Assembly (NCBI GenBank): GCA_049510395.1
Contig: JBEKYY010000025.1
Span: 3,670 to 67,669, forward strand
Reading direction: 5' to 3'
Origin: Verrucomicrobiota bacterium
GTDB lineage: Bacteria; Verrucomicrobiota; Verrucomicrobiia; Limisphaerales; UBA11358
Length of the DNA stretch: 64,000 bases
Shown here piece after piece: positions 53,125 to 62,987 of this stretch; position 1 is the stretch's first letter; every line of letters starts with the position of its first letter. A program made the position numbers and the translations under genes. Under the pieces are notes generated by a model. It saw nothing but the letters and a program-made list of their open reading frames with translations, was not told the DNA's origin and ran no database searches.

Positions 53125-53787
53125 TTACGGTTTGTTGGTGTTCAGCAACAACGACGACGGCGAGGTCACAACCGGAGCAGGAGTGGTGCTATCGGTGCGC
53201 CCGGCGTTGAGTCGTTTGAGAACAGCGTCGGTCAAATCGTTTTCGCCGCTGCTATAGACCACCGCAGTCGTGGCATTGGCGGTTTCCGCCGCAGCGTCTA
53301 TGACCAGTGAGTAGCCGGCGACCTTGGCCTGGGCGGTCACGGCCGCCTTGATATCGCTGAGAAGGTTGTCGCGCATCCGCTGGCTTTGCTCGGACAGTGT
53401 GATCTGCGCCTGACGCTCAAATTGATCAATGGCGGTCTTGGAATCCTGCAATTGCTTCAGTTTGTCAGCGGCGGCCTGTTTGCGTTTGTCGCGTTGGTCG
53501 GCGGAGATGGCCTGGTCGTTCGCCTGTGCCAAAAGCTTCTGATATTCGTCGCTGCCCTTCTTCAAATCGTCGCGCATGCTTTTGTCGTCATTGTCGAGCT
53601 GCGTCTTTCGATCGTTGAGGACGATTTGCACCTGCTTGGTTTTCCAATAGCCGTCGAACAGTTTGCGCAAATCCACGGTGCCGATTTTGTCGGTTGGCGC
53701 CGGGCTGGATTTGGTTTGTGCCGGCGCGGGAACGCTCAAAAGAACCAGCAACGGAACGGTCAAAATTGTTGTGCGTAAAAATTTCAT
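53125..53787 (-). CDS. skp: OmpH/Skp-family periplasmic chaperone
   Basis: The ATG at 53787 gives MKFLRTTILTVPLLVLLSVPAPAQ. KIGTVDLRKLFDGYWKTKQ is followed by a long Gln/Lys-rich coiled-coil and ...AKVAGYSLVIDA. Confidence 0.8.
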   Translation of the reverse strand: MKFLRTTILTVPLLVLLSVPAPAQTKSSPAPTDKIGTVDLRKLFDGYWKTKQVQIVLNDRKTQLDNDDKSMRDDLKKGSDEYQKLLAQANDQAISADQRDKRKQAAADKLKQLQDSKTAIDQFERQAQITLSEQSQRMRDNLLSDIKAAVTAQAKVAGYSLVIDAAAETANATTAVVYSSGENDLTDAVLKRLNAGRTDSTTPAPVVTSPSSLLLNTNKP

Positions 53788-53860
53788 GGGAATATAAAAG
53801 CAAAATTCAGTGATGATGCCAACTGAAAACTGGCGGGTGTTAAAACTGGTGCCGGCGGAA

Positions 53861-56800
53861 TCACGGCATTTGCAATAAATAGAATTCCTGCGGCGTGTTG
53901 GTTTGCGTGGTGTTGGTGAAAATGAAATGGCCGGTGCTGTCAAAGTGATTGGTCGCAATGTGCATCCAGTTGGTCAGCGGCGTCAGAAGGTTGGACGAAA
54001 CCAGCACGTAATAGACGCCGTTGTTCACGCCGCCCGTGCCGCTCAATATAAAACTGTCGCCGGCGGCCGCATGGATGTTCCCGAAACTCAGCGGTATGAA
54101 ACCCAGCGGTATATTCGTCACCGTCAGGACCGCATTGGAACTGGTCACGCTGCCGATGGCATTTGTAATGACGACGGTGTAGCCAGCCGCATCGGCAGCC
54201 TGCACATCGGTCAGGGTCAGGGTAGCACTGGTCGAGCCGGACACATTGCCGCCGTCAAAGAGATTGGAACCGTTTTTCTGCCACTGATAACTCAGCGCTG
54301 GCGCGCCCAGAGCGATCACAGTGAAGGTAACCGTTGTATTGGTTAAAGTTGTTTGGCTTGCCGGCTGCCTGACAATGAACGGGGAACCGTCATTCTCAAG
54401 TGCCATACTGTGCAAGTAACCTCCGGCGACTGCCACCACATTGGTCAAATCTGCGGGCACATTGGTCTGGCCGTAGTCATCGGCCCCCCAAGCCACCACT
54501 GTGCCGTTGGCCCGTAGCGCCAGACTGTGAAAGCCACCTCCAGCAATCGCCACCACATTGGTCAAATCTGCGGGCACATTGGTCTGGCCGTAGATATTGT
54601 CTCCCCAAGCCACCACCGTGCCGTTGGCCCGTAGCGCCAGACAGTGAAAGCCACCTCCAGCAATCGCCATTACATTCGTCAGGCCCGGAGGCATATTGGT
54701 CTGGCCGTAGGTATTGTCTCCCCAAACCACCACCGTACCGTTGGCTTGGAGCGCCAGACTGTCATAACCACTTCCAGCAACCGCCACCACGTTCGTCAGG
54801 TCAGGAGGCACATTGGTCTGGCCGTAGGTATTGTCTCCCCAGGCTACCACCGTGCCGTTGGCTTGGAGCGCCAGATTGTGGAAGAAAGCTCCGGCAATGG
54901 CCACCACATTGGTCAAATCTGAGGGTACCATGGCCTGTCCGTACTCAGGAAACGAACCGGTATTGTTGGTACCTGCCCCCCAACCTACCACCGTGCCGTT
55001 GGCCTGGAGCGCCAGACTGTGCAAATAACCTGCGGCAATTGCCACCACATTGGTTAAATCTGCGGGCACATCGGTCTGGCCGGAGTCATCGGCCCCCCAA
55101 GGCACCACTGTGCCGTTGGCCTGGAGCGCCAGACTGTGATAGCCACCTCCAGCAATCGCCATCACATTGGTCGCATCTACGGGCACATTGGTCTGGCCAT
55201 CACCGTTGTCCCCCCACGCGACAACCATTAACCGCACCACCGTCAGGACCGCATTGGAACTGGTCATCGAGCCGACACTGTTCGTGACGATGACCGAGTA
55301 GCTGCCGCTGTTGTTCGTCTGCGCGTTGCTGATGGTCAGCATATTGGTGGTGGCGCCGCTGATATTTCCGCCATCCACCAGTTTGTTCGTCTCGTCCAAC
55401 CACCATTGGTAACCCAACGGCTCTATCCCGACGGCGGTGACCGTCAAGGTAACCGTGTGCCCCACCCCTATTGTCTGGTTCGTCGGCTGCACGGTGATGA
55501 TCGGTGATGATATCACCGTCAGGAGGGCATTGGAACTGGTCACCGAGCCGGCAAGGTTCGTGACGACAACCGTGTAGTTTCCCCTGTTGGTCGTCTGCGC
55601 ATTGCTGATGATCAGCTTATTGGTGGTCGCGCCACTGATGGCGCCTCCGTTTACCAGGTTCGTCCCGTTCACCCGCCACTGGTAACTCAACGGTGGCGTC
55701 CCGATGGCTACGACTACATTGGTCACATTCGCTCCCACCACCACCGTCTGGTTGGCTGGTTGCGTTAAGATCACCGGCGACGATGCCACAATCAGGGTGA
55801 CAACGGAACTGGTCACCGAGCCCCCAAAATTGGTGACGATAACCGAGTAGTTGGTGGCGCTGTTGTTCGTCTGCGCGTTGCTGATGATCAGTACATTGGT
55901 GGTTGCGCCACTGATGGCGCCTCCGTTTACCAGGTTCGTCCCGTTCACCCGCCACTGGTAACTCAACGGTGGCGTCCCGATGGCTACGACTACATTGGTC
56001 ACATTCGCTCCCACCACCACTGCCTGGTTCGTCGGCTGCACCGTGATCGTCGGTGGTACATTCGTGATACTCAACATGGCGAGGGAACTGGTCACCGATC
56101 CTCCGTAGTTTGTGACGATCAGCCAATAGCTTCCGCTGTTGGTTACCTGCGCGGGGCTGATGGTCAAAATGTTGCCGGTTGCCCCGCTGATATTGCCCCC
56201 ATCCACCAGGTTTGTCCCTATCAGGTTCGTTCCTACTATCTGCCATTGAAAAAAGAAAGGCGGCGTCCCGTTCGTGGTCAAGTAGACGCTGAATGTCACG
56301 CTCGAACCCACTTGGTTTGTTTGGCTTATCGGTTCTCGGTTTGTGTCGATCTCCGGCGGCGCCACCGGCAGCACGATTTTGGCCAGGAACGCGTCGCTGG
56401 TGCCGTTGAGCGTGGTTTGGCGGGCATTGAGCGTCGGAAAATTCGCGGAAAACGTCTGACCGATGATGTAGGCGTTGCCCAACGGATCCACGGCGATGCC
56501 GTAGCCAAAATCGTCGCTCGCACCACCGAGGTAGGTTGAATACAGCAAGGCGGTGGCATTGGCGTTGAAGGCGATAACAAAGGCATCGTTGCCGCCGGAA
56601 TTGGTCGCGCGCATGAGGCTCGGGACGTTGAAGGCCGGGAAATTGATCGAGGTGGTGGTGCCTATGACAAATGCGTCGCCCGCTGGATCAAGCGCGACGC
56701 CGTAGCCGATGTCAGTGTTGAGGTTGGTGCCGCCGAAGACCGCGGAATAGGCGATTGCAGCCTGAACGCCGTTGGTGATCTTTGTCAGGAAGGCGTTGGT

Positions 56801-58609
56801 GGTGACGCTGTAGCCGTAATAAAAGTTGTTGGCCAGCCCATTATATAAATTGGGAAGCGTAACCGTATTGGGAAAATTGGATGAAACCGTCCAGCCGGTC
56901 ACATAAGCGGCGCCTTGGTTGTCAATGGCGATGGAATACGCCACATCGTTGTTGGTGCCGCCGAGGAAGGTTGAGTAAAGCAGGTTCGTGCCGGTGGAGT
57001 CGAATTTCGCGACAAAGGCGTCGTAGCTGGAGGTCTGGTTGGTTGAACCATTGAGCAAATAACCGTTCAAGGAATTGGTGATGGCGTTTTTGGTGGGGAA
57101 ATTCGTTGAGGCGGTAAACCCGGTCACATAGACAAAGTTTGAACTGTCAACGGCAATGCTTTCCCCGGCATCAAGATTGTTGCCGCCGAAGTAGGAGGAA
57201 TAGACCAGATTTGTGCCGCCAGGACCAATTTTGGCGATGAAGGCATTGGCGTTGTAGTAAACGGTATTCGTACAAGCCAGATGATCTAAAAACATGTTGG
57301 TCCTCCCGGCCAAACGATAGGCTATGGCATTGGTGACGGGGAAATTGGTTGAGAAGGTATAGCCAGTCACATAAATGTTGCCAGATAAATCTAAAGCGAT
57401 GCCATCGCTACCATCCATCCCAGAGCCGCCTAGATAAGTGGAAAATATCAGGTTTGAACCGCCTGAATTTAATTCGGCGACAAAAGCATCGCTCGGATAA
57501 GAACCAAAAGACGGGCTATAACTTCCGCCGATTTGGGCATGACCCGGTATCGCATTGGTTGTTGGAAAATCTGGAGAATCGGTGATACCAGTCACAAAAG
57601 CATTGCCTTGGCCGTCCACTGCTATGCCGGATGCCAAATCATCCGCACTGCCGCCCAAGTAAGTGAAGTAAATGAGATTTGTGCCGAGATTGTCAAACTT
57701 GGCTATAAAGGCGTCACCGTACAAGGTGCCGCCATGGAAATTTGTCTGATATGCGCCGGGCGTGGCAAGAGGCGCGTTGTTGGTGAAACGTGTTGAAAAT
57801 GTCTGACCCGCGACGTAAACAAAACCGTTCGTGTCCACTGCCACCGCCCAAGCCGTGTCACCATAATTGCCTCCGAAGTAAGTCGAGTAGCTCAAAATCG
57901 GGTCAATCACCAGCGGCAGGCGTTGATCATATTGGCCAATGGCAAAGGCAACGGTGCGCGCGTCCACCAGCCGGTAGCCGCCTTCAACTTCCTTTCGCGC
58001 ACCACTGGCCATTTGATAAATTACCGGTTTGGGCTGGCGGATTTCAGCATCGCCCAAAGTCAAAATCAATTCGCCCTGTTTGCTGATGGCAACCTTGTCC
58101 ACACCGTCGAAATGAATCCTAACTGCATTTGGATTTGCGCCCGGCGTAACCGTGAAATCGTATTCCAACTGCCGCTGGTTGCCATAGTAAACCAAATTGA
58201 TGCCGGGATAAAGTTCACCAACACGGACTTTGGCAAACGTGGCCACGCCCGTGTGCCATTTCGCTGGGTCGTTGCCGGTGAGGTAATTGATTTTGCCGGG
58301 CAACTCGGTGTCGCCGCTGATTTGCGCCTGCGCGCTGGCGCCGGCGAATTGCATCCGCACCGATGTCGCTGTGCCGGTGGTTTTGCGAAGCACAATTTGA
58401 GTTTCAGTTGGCGAAATCAAGAACTGGTAATCATGTCCGCGCGCGATGAATTGCGCCGGGTTGGCGGCCTGGCCCTGGCTGGCTTCAAAGAAAAGGGGCA
58501 GGTTGGCCGGCACGGCCGCGGGTTGGGCCGCCGGGGCCGACAGCGCCAGCAGACCCAGCGCAAGGCCGTTAAGCTGCGCCGACAGGATTCTTTTCAGGCA
58601 ACGGTTCAT
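53861..58609 (-). CDS. Giant secreted protein: N-terminal LPLFFEA domain, SBBP beta-propeller repeats, 4 Ig-like domains, 7-blade RCC1-like propeller, 1 Ig-like domain, conserved C-terminal tail
   Basis: The ATG at 58609 (MNRCLKRILSAQLNGLALGLLALSAPAAQ) lies 1 nt after the bamA stop. SBBP units such as YSTYLGGSGMDGSDGIALDLSGNIYVTGYTFSTNFP. Ig units with PPLSYQW. Seven units like NGTVVAWGDNTYGQTNVPPDLTNVVAVAGSGYDSLALQA. Ends with ...PQEFYLLQMP. Confidence 0.85.
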   Translation of the reverse strand: MNRCLKRILSAQLNGLALGLLALSAPAAQPAAVPANLPLFFEASQGQAANPAQFIARGHDYQFLISPTETQIVLRKTTGTATSVRMQFAGASAQAQISGDTELPGKINYLTGNDPAKWHTGVATFAKVRVGELYPGINLVYYGNQRQLEYDFTVTPGANPNAVRIHFDGVDKVAISKQGELILTLGDAEIRQPKPVIYQMASGARKEVEGGYRLVDARTVAFAIGQYDQRLPLVIDPILSYSTYFGGNYGDTAWAVAVDTNGFVYVAGQTFSTRFTNNAPLATPGAYQTNFHGGTLYGDAFIAKFDNLGTNLIYFTYLGGSADDLASGIAVDGQGNAFVTGITDSPDFPTTNAIPGHAQIGGSYSPSFGSYPSDAFVAELNSGGSNLIFSTYLGGSGMDGSDGIALDLSGNIYVTGYTFSTNFPVTNAIAYRLAGRTNMFLDHLACTNTVYYNANAFIAKIGPGGTNLVYSSYFGGNNLDAGESIAVDSSNFVYVTGFTASTNFPTKNAITNSLNGYLLNGSTNQTSSYDAFVAKFDSTGTNLLYSTFLGGTNNDVAYSIAIDNQGAAYVTGWTVSSNFPNTVTLPNLYNGLANNFYYGYSVTTNAFLTKITNGVQAAIAYSAVFGGTNLNTDIGYGVALDPAGDAFVIGTTTSINFPAFNVPSLMRATNSGGNDAFVIAFNANATALLYSTYLGGASDDFGYGIAVDPLGNAYIIGQTFSANFPTLNARQTTLNGTSDAFLAKIVLPVAPPEIDTNREPISQTNQVGSSVTFSVYLTTNGTPPFFFQWQIVGTNLIGTNLVDGGNISGATGNILTISPAQVTNSGSYWLIVTNYGGSVTSSLAMLSITNVPPTITVQPTNQAVVVGANVTNVVVAIGTPPLSYQWRVNGTNLVNGGAISGATTNVLIISNAQTNNSATNYSVIVTNFGGSVTSSVVTLIVASSPVILTQPANQTVVVGANVTNVVVAIGTPPLSYQWRVNGTNLVNGGAISGATTNKLIISNAQTTNRGNYTVVVTNLAGSVTSSNALLTVISSPIITVQPTNQTIGVGHTVTLTVTAVGIEPLGYQWWLDETNKLVDGGNISGATTNMLTISNAQTNNSGSYSVIVTNSVGSMTSSNAVLTVVRLMVVAWGDNGDGQTNVPVDATNVMAIAGGGYHSLALQANGTVVPWGADDSGQTDVPADLTNVVAIAAGYLHSLALQANGTVVGWGAGTNNTGSFPEYGQAMVPSDLTNVVAIAGAFFHNLALQANGTVVAWGDNTYGQTNVPPDLTNVVAVAGSGYDSLALQANGTVVVWGDNTYGQTNMPPGLTNVMAIAGGGFHCLALRANGTVVAWGDNIYGQTNVPADLTNVVAIAGGGFHSLALRANGTVVAWGADDYGQTNVPADLTNVVAVAGGYLHSMALENDGSPFIVRQPASQTTLTNTTVTFTVIALGAPALSYQWQKNGSNLFDGGNVSGSTSATLTLTDVQAADAAGYTVVITNAIGSVTSSNAVLTVTNIPLGFIPLSFGNIHAAAGDSFILSGTGGVNNGVYYVLVSSNLLTPLTNWMHIATNHFDSTGHFIFTNTTQTNTPQEFYLLQMP
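55629..56020 (-). repeat. Perfect 116-bp direct repeat (55629-55744 and 55905-56020, offset 276 bp) in two adjacent Ig-domain modules
   Basis: Both copies encode VVVGANVTNVVVAIGTPPLSYQWRVNGTNLVNGGAISGATTN, and their DNA is identical by eye. Confidence 0.8.
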
Positions 58610-58610
58610 T

Positions 58611-61094
58611 TTAAAATTCGCGGCGATAGCCAACCCCGAATTGGAATTGGCCGGAGCTGCCGTTATATTGATCATGGTGAATGGGCACGCCATACTCAAG
58701 CCGCAACGGGCCGAGCTTGGGAATATTGATGTGCAATCCGACACCCCAGTTGTCATCAAAGTTCCCCGAAAACGAATAGGGCCCCTCACCGACAGAGCCG
58801 GCGTCGTAGAACACCGCGAAGCGCACGCCGGGGCCGTTGTCCTTCTCAAAAATGGGCAGGCTGTATTCCACCGAGCCGAACCAGAAGCTGTCGCCGCCAA
58901 TCGGTTCATTCGGCATGCCAGCGAGATTGGGGGGGTAATAACCTGGATCACGCGGGCCGATGTTCCGGTATTTGAACCCGCGCAGCGAGTAGAGGCCGCC
59001 GAGGTAATAACGGTCATAAAACGGCACGTCGCCCCCGCTCAGGCCGTTCGCGATGCCTCCGCGACCGACGGCCTCAAGCACATGGCCTTTGAACAGGCCG
59101 GGGAAATACCAGGCGGTTTTGGCTTCAACTTTGTAATACGTGGTGTCGCCGATGCTGAATTCCGGGTCAATTTCCGTCCGCTGGCCGTGATTCGGCAATT
59201 GCGTGCTGTTGCGCGTGTCATAAGCCAGCGACACACCGAAGCGCTGGAACACATGATCGCCGGTTTGATCCAGGATGGCGGTGGGGACATTGCCTTGATT
59301 TTGAATCAAAATTGGTGGCTTGAATGTTCCAAGTAAAATGGTTTGATCACCATGCCACCCGCTATTCAAGGAAATGCCCACGTCTTCAATGGTGTAGCTG
59401 ACGCTGCCGATGATGAAATCGCTCCACAGCGCGCGGGTCAGGCTCAGGCGCATTCCCGTCCGGGTTTCATCATAAATATTATCCGGACTCTCAAAATTCA
59501 ATTGATGCCGGTAAAGATCCAACCCGAACGAGAGTTTACGATTCAAAAACCACGGTTCGATGAACGAAAGTTCGTAGTCCTGGCGCTCGGTGCCGAGCTG
59601 GACAAACAGGCGGAGTTTCTGGCCGGCCCCGGTGAACGTGGGCGGGTGGAACAGGTCAAAATTACCCTGTGTCACTTCAACATAACCGACCAGCGCATCC
59701 ACCGAACTGAAGCCCGCACCGATCATGAAGTTGCCGGTGTTTTGCTCCTCCACGTTCACAATCAAATCCTTGCGCCCGGCAATCGGCGGGTCGGTCGCCT
59801 CCGGCCGCATATCCACCTTTTCGAAATACTGCAAGCCTTCGAGCCGCTGCTTGCTGATTTTGACGCGCACCATGTCGAAGGTTTCGCCTGGTGAAATGGC
59901 CAGTTCGCGGCGGATGACTTTGTCCCTGGTTTTGTTGTTGCCGCGAATGTCAATTTTTTCGACGTGGGATTTTTGCCCTTCCTTGACTTGAAATTCCAGA
60001 TCCATCGTGCCCGTCCCCACATTCGGAATGTACGCGGCGCGCAGCGTCGGTCCCCGCACAACGTCAATGTAACCCTTGCTGCCGTAAAAATCCTCGAGGG
60101 CCTGCGTGTCCTTGTTCAGGCCGTCGGGCGTGAAAATGTCGCCGGCGTCCATTGCCAGGCCGTGCGGGCCGAGTTTGGCTTTCGAATGTTCAAAGTCGTG
60201 GACGAATTGCAGGCCGCGATGGATTTCCTCCGCATTAAAAAGTTTGTTGCCGGTGAATGTGACCGAGCCGACCTTGTATTGCCGTCCTTCATAAATGTAA
60301 AAGCGAATCACCATTTTGTTTGTCGCCGGGTGATCGAGCTTCACGTCCTTGATTTCAAAATCAAGATAACCGCGGCTGTGGTAAAACCCGGCGAGCTGGT
60401 CGCGGTCGTCCTGGAACTCGTCCTCCTTGAACACGCCGCTGCCCGTCATCCATGAAAACATCCAGCGCCGTTTGGTCTTGAGTTGTTTGCGCAGTTCCCT
60501 TTGTGAGAAGGCCGCCGCGCCGATGAAATCAATCTGTTTGATTTTAATCTTCGGGGCTTCGGTGATTTCAAAGATGACTGTGCCGCGCCCGGCATTCTCG
60601 TCGATGTTCAATACATATTTCACCTGCGCGCCGGCATATCCGTATTTTTCGTAAAGCTTCCGGATTTCCTGGCTGTCGGTGAACAATTTCTGTTCGTCGA
60701 GCGGCTGGCCGATTTTCACGGTGATTTTTTTGCGGATTTTGGAATCGCTGAGTTTTTTGTTGCCCTGAATTTTGATGTCCGTCAGCCGCGGACTCGCCTG
60801 CACGAGATAAGTCAACCGCACGCCGCCACTGTCGCTTTGATCCGCCGTCACGCGGATGTTGTAAAACTGCCCGGTTGCATAGAGCGCGTGGATGTCGTCC
60901 TCGGTGGCAACGGGAAAATAAATGTCGCCTGCTTTGAGGCGGATGTTGGAACGAACGAATTGTTCGCTGACCGACGCCGGACCGATAAACTTCACGTCCA
61001 CGCGGTCAATTTTCGGGCCGGTCGGCTGCGCCCACACGGCTGACACGCAGCCGAGCAACAGCCAGATTCCGAATAGGCGGAAAAATAATTTCAT
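58611..61094 (-). CDS. bamA: Outer membrane protein assembly factor BamA (POTRA domains + Omp85 barrel)
   Basis: A signal peptide is followed by five POTRA-like units (e.g. IDRVDVKFIGPASVSEQFVRSNIRLKAGDIY and VEKIDIRGNNKTRDKVIRRELAISPGETF). The C-terminal barrel ends in ...QFQFGVGYRREF. Confidence 0.9.
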   Translation of the reverse strand: MKLFFRLFGIWLLLGCVSAVWAQPTGPKIDRVDVKFIGPASVSEQFVRSNIRLKAGDIYFPVATEDDIHALYATGQFYNIRVTADQSDSGGVRLTYLVQASPRLTDIKIQGNKKLSDSKIRKKITVKIGQPLDEQKLFTDSQEIRKLYEKYGYAGAQVKYVLNIDENAGRGTVIFEITEAPKIKIKQIDFIGAAAFSQRELRKQLKTKRRWMFSWMTGSGVFKEDEFQDDRDQLAGFYHSRGYLDFEIKDVKLDHPATNKMVIRFYIYEGRQYKVGSVTFTGNKLFNAEEIHRGLQFVHDFEHSKAKLGPHGLAMDAGDIFTPDGLNKDTQALEDFYGSKGYIDVVRGPTLRAAYIPNVGTGTMDLEFQVKEGQKSHVEKIDIRGNNKTRDKVIRRELAISPGETFDMVRVKISKQRLEGLQYFEKVDMRPEATDPPIAGRKDLIVNVEEQNTGNFMIGAGFSSVDALVGYVEVTQGNFDLFHPPTFTGAGQKLRLFVQLGTERQDYELSFIEPWFLNRKLSFGLDLYRHQLNFESPDNIYDETRTGMRLSLTRALWSDFIIGSVSYTIEDVGISLNSGWHGDQTILLGTFKPPILIQNQGNVPTAILDQTGDHVFQRFGVSLAYDTRNSTQLPNHGQRTEIDPEFSIGDTTYYKVEAKTAWYFPGLFKGHVLEAVGRGGIANGLSGGDVPFYDRYYLGGLYSLRGFKYRNIGPRDPGYYPPNLAGMPNEPIGGDSFWFGSVEYSLPIFEKDNGPGVRFAVFYDAGSVGEGPYSFSGNFDDNWGVGLHINIPKLGPLRLEYGVPIHHDQYNGSSGQFQFGVGYRREF

Positions 61095-61097
61095 CGT

Positions 61098-62567
61098 CTA
61101 TCGGTCCACCGGCACGTCTTCGTCGCTGACTTTGGCTGCGCTTTCAAAACGAGTGTACGGTTTCAAAAAGGTTAAGTTTACATCACCCGTGGGGCCGTTG
61201 CGCTGCTTCGCAATCAACAAATTAATCGGCAGTCCATCCGGCTCTTCCACTACGGCGCCATCTTCATCTTCGCCGGCGTTCGGCTTGTACAGCAAACCCA
61301 CCACATCGGCGTCCTGTTCAATCGCGCCCGATTCACGCAAATCGGACAACCGCGGCTTGCGGCTTTTGTCCCGCTCCAATTCGCGGTTCAACTGGCTGAG
61401 CACAAGCATTGGCACCTTCAATTCCTTCGCCAGCGCCTTGATGCCGCTGGAAATGTCCGAAATTTCCTGCTGCCGGTTTTCCTGTGCCCGGCGCGCAGTA
61501 GAATGCAGCAACTGCAAATAATCAATCACAAAAAGCTTGATGCCGTGCTGCTGCGCCAGCCGCCGCGCCCGCGCCCGCAGTTGCAAAATCGAAAGCGCCG
61601 CCGAATCATCAATGAACAACGGCGCGCCCGCCAGCCGGCCCGCCGCGCTGGTCAGCTTCGGAAAATCCGACTCGCTCATGAAGCCTTCGCGGATGCTGCG
61701 CAGATTCACCCGCGCGAGCGAACACATCATGCGCAACACCAGCGCCTCCGCGCTCATTTCCAGGCTGAACACGGCCACCGGCAATTTTTGCTCCAGCACC
61801 ACGTGCTCCGCGATGTTCATCGCCAGCGATGTCTTGCCCATGCTTGGACGCGCGGCGATGACGATCATTTCACTCCCATGCAAACCGTCCGTTATCCGGT
61901 CCAGATCCGTGAAGCCCGTGGCCAGGCCGTTCAACACGCCTTTGCGGCTGAAATAATTTTCAATCGTCCCGATGGCCTTGCCCACCAGTTCCTTGGTTGA
62001 GAGCACGCTGCTTTGCGTGCGCGATTCGCTGATGCGCAACACGTCGCGCTCCACTTCGTCCAGCAGCGCATCCACTTCGCCTTCGTAATCATAGACCCGC
62101 CCGACCACGTCCGTGCAGGTGGCGATCATTTTCCGCAGCAGGAATTTTTCCTGGACGATGTCGAGATAGTAGGAAAGGTTCGCCGCACTCGGCACGGCGT
62201 CCTGAAGTTGCGCCAGATAGGCAATGCCGCCGACCTGTTCCAAAAGTTGTTTGTCCTTGAGGCGTTGTTGAACGGTGATGACGTCAATGGGCATCCGTTC
62301 GTTAAACATGGCCACCAGCATTTCGTAAATCGTCTGGTGCCGCAGGTCGTAGAAAACCTCATGGCCGCTGTCCTTGAGTTTTTCGATGCACTCGCCCACG
62401 CATTCGTTCGGCGACAGCAGCGCGCACCCCAGCACACCCCGCTCCATATCCAAGTCGTGTGGCGGCAAGCGATCAATGGTTGGTGTGCGCTGCGCCGCAT
62501 TTTTTTGACGCCGAGCTTTTTTCAAATCCACCGCTGCCCCGGCGGTCTCGGAAACGGAATCAATCAT
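61098..62567 (-). CDS. dnaB: Replicative DNA helicase
   Basis: PPHDLDMERGVLGCALL...TGFTDLDRITDGLHGSEMIVIAARPSMGKTSLAMNIA (Walker A)...FVIDYLQLL...LSQLNRELE. Confidence 0.9.
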   Translation of the reverse strand: MIDSVSETAGAAVDLKKARRQKNAAQRTPTIDRLPPHDLDMERGVLGCALLSPNECVGECIEKLKDSGHEVFYDLRHQTIYEMLVAMFNERMPIDVITVQQRLKDKQLLEQVGGIAYLAQLQDAVPSAANLSYYLDIVQEKFLLRKMIATCTDVVGRVYDYEGEVDALLDEVERDVLRISESRTQSSVLSTKELVGKAIGTIENYFSRKGVLNGLATGFTDLDRITDGLHGSEMIVIAARPSMGKTSLAMNIAEHVVLEQKLPVAVFSLEMSAEALVLRMMCSLARVNLRSIREGFMSESDFPKLTSAAGRLAGAPLFIDDSAALSILQLRARARRLAQQHGIKLFVIDYLQLLHSTARRAQENRQQEISDISSGIKALAKELKVPMLVLSQLNRELERDKSRKPRLSDLRESGAIEQDADVVGLLYKPNAGEDEDGAVVEEPDGLPINLLIAKQRNGPTGDVNLTFLKPYTRFESAAKVSDEDVPVDR

Positions 62568-62987
62568 GGCTTAACAAAATGAAAAATTTTCCAATTAAAC
62601 AAAACGGAGTTGTTAAATCTTGGTAACACGATCTTCACAAACGATAAAAATTGCATCTTTTTGTGGATACTTTCACAACAAGTTCCAGTTGTCAGCAGAA
62701 AGATTGTTTGGGAAATTAGAAACAAAATGCAGGCCGAGGGCAGTTTTGGAAGCCGCCAGTTTGACATCGGTTGCTTTGCCAGCGCAGTTGAGTTTGGACC
62801 TCAACAATTTGCCGACATCAATACAACTCGGCCTGCACTTTAAATTTTCTACGTGATGAATAGGGACGCAAGCAAGTCTTACCGACAATCATTTCCACAC
62901 TATTCACAGAGTTACCCGTTGGAAAATATTCGGGCGTAAAAATTGACTCGCTTCCAACGGCAATTAGAATTTCTGCTCGTTGCTGGC
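62568..62987. other. AT-rich 420-bp divergent intergenic region with clustered DnaA-box-like 9-mers (candidate oriC or DnaA-regulated promoter region)
   Basis: Matches to TTWTNCACA: TGTGGATAC (62662-70, 8 of 9 to TTATCCACA on the minus strand), ATTTCCACA (62891-99), CTATTCACA (62900-08), and weaker ATCTTCACA (62631-39) and ACTTTCACA (62669-77). Confidence 0.3.

Noticed and set aside
54400-55287. ORF 54400..55287(+) with striking PPHWSNLRAHWSGR repeats, and ORFs 57923..58729(+) and 58446..59336(+).
   Set aside because: The repeat periodicity is the reverse-strand image of the RCC1 blade repeats. The other two overlap the giant gene and bamA in antisense.
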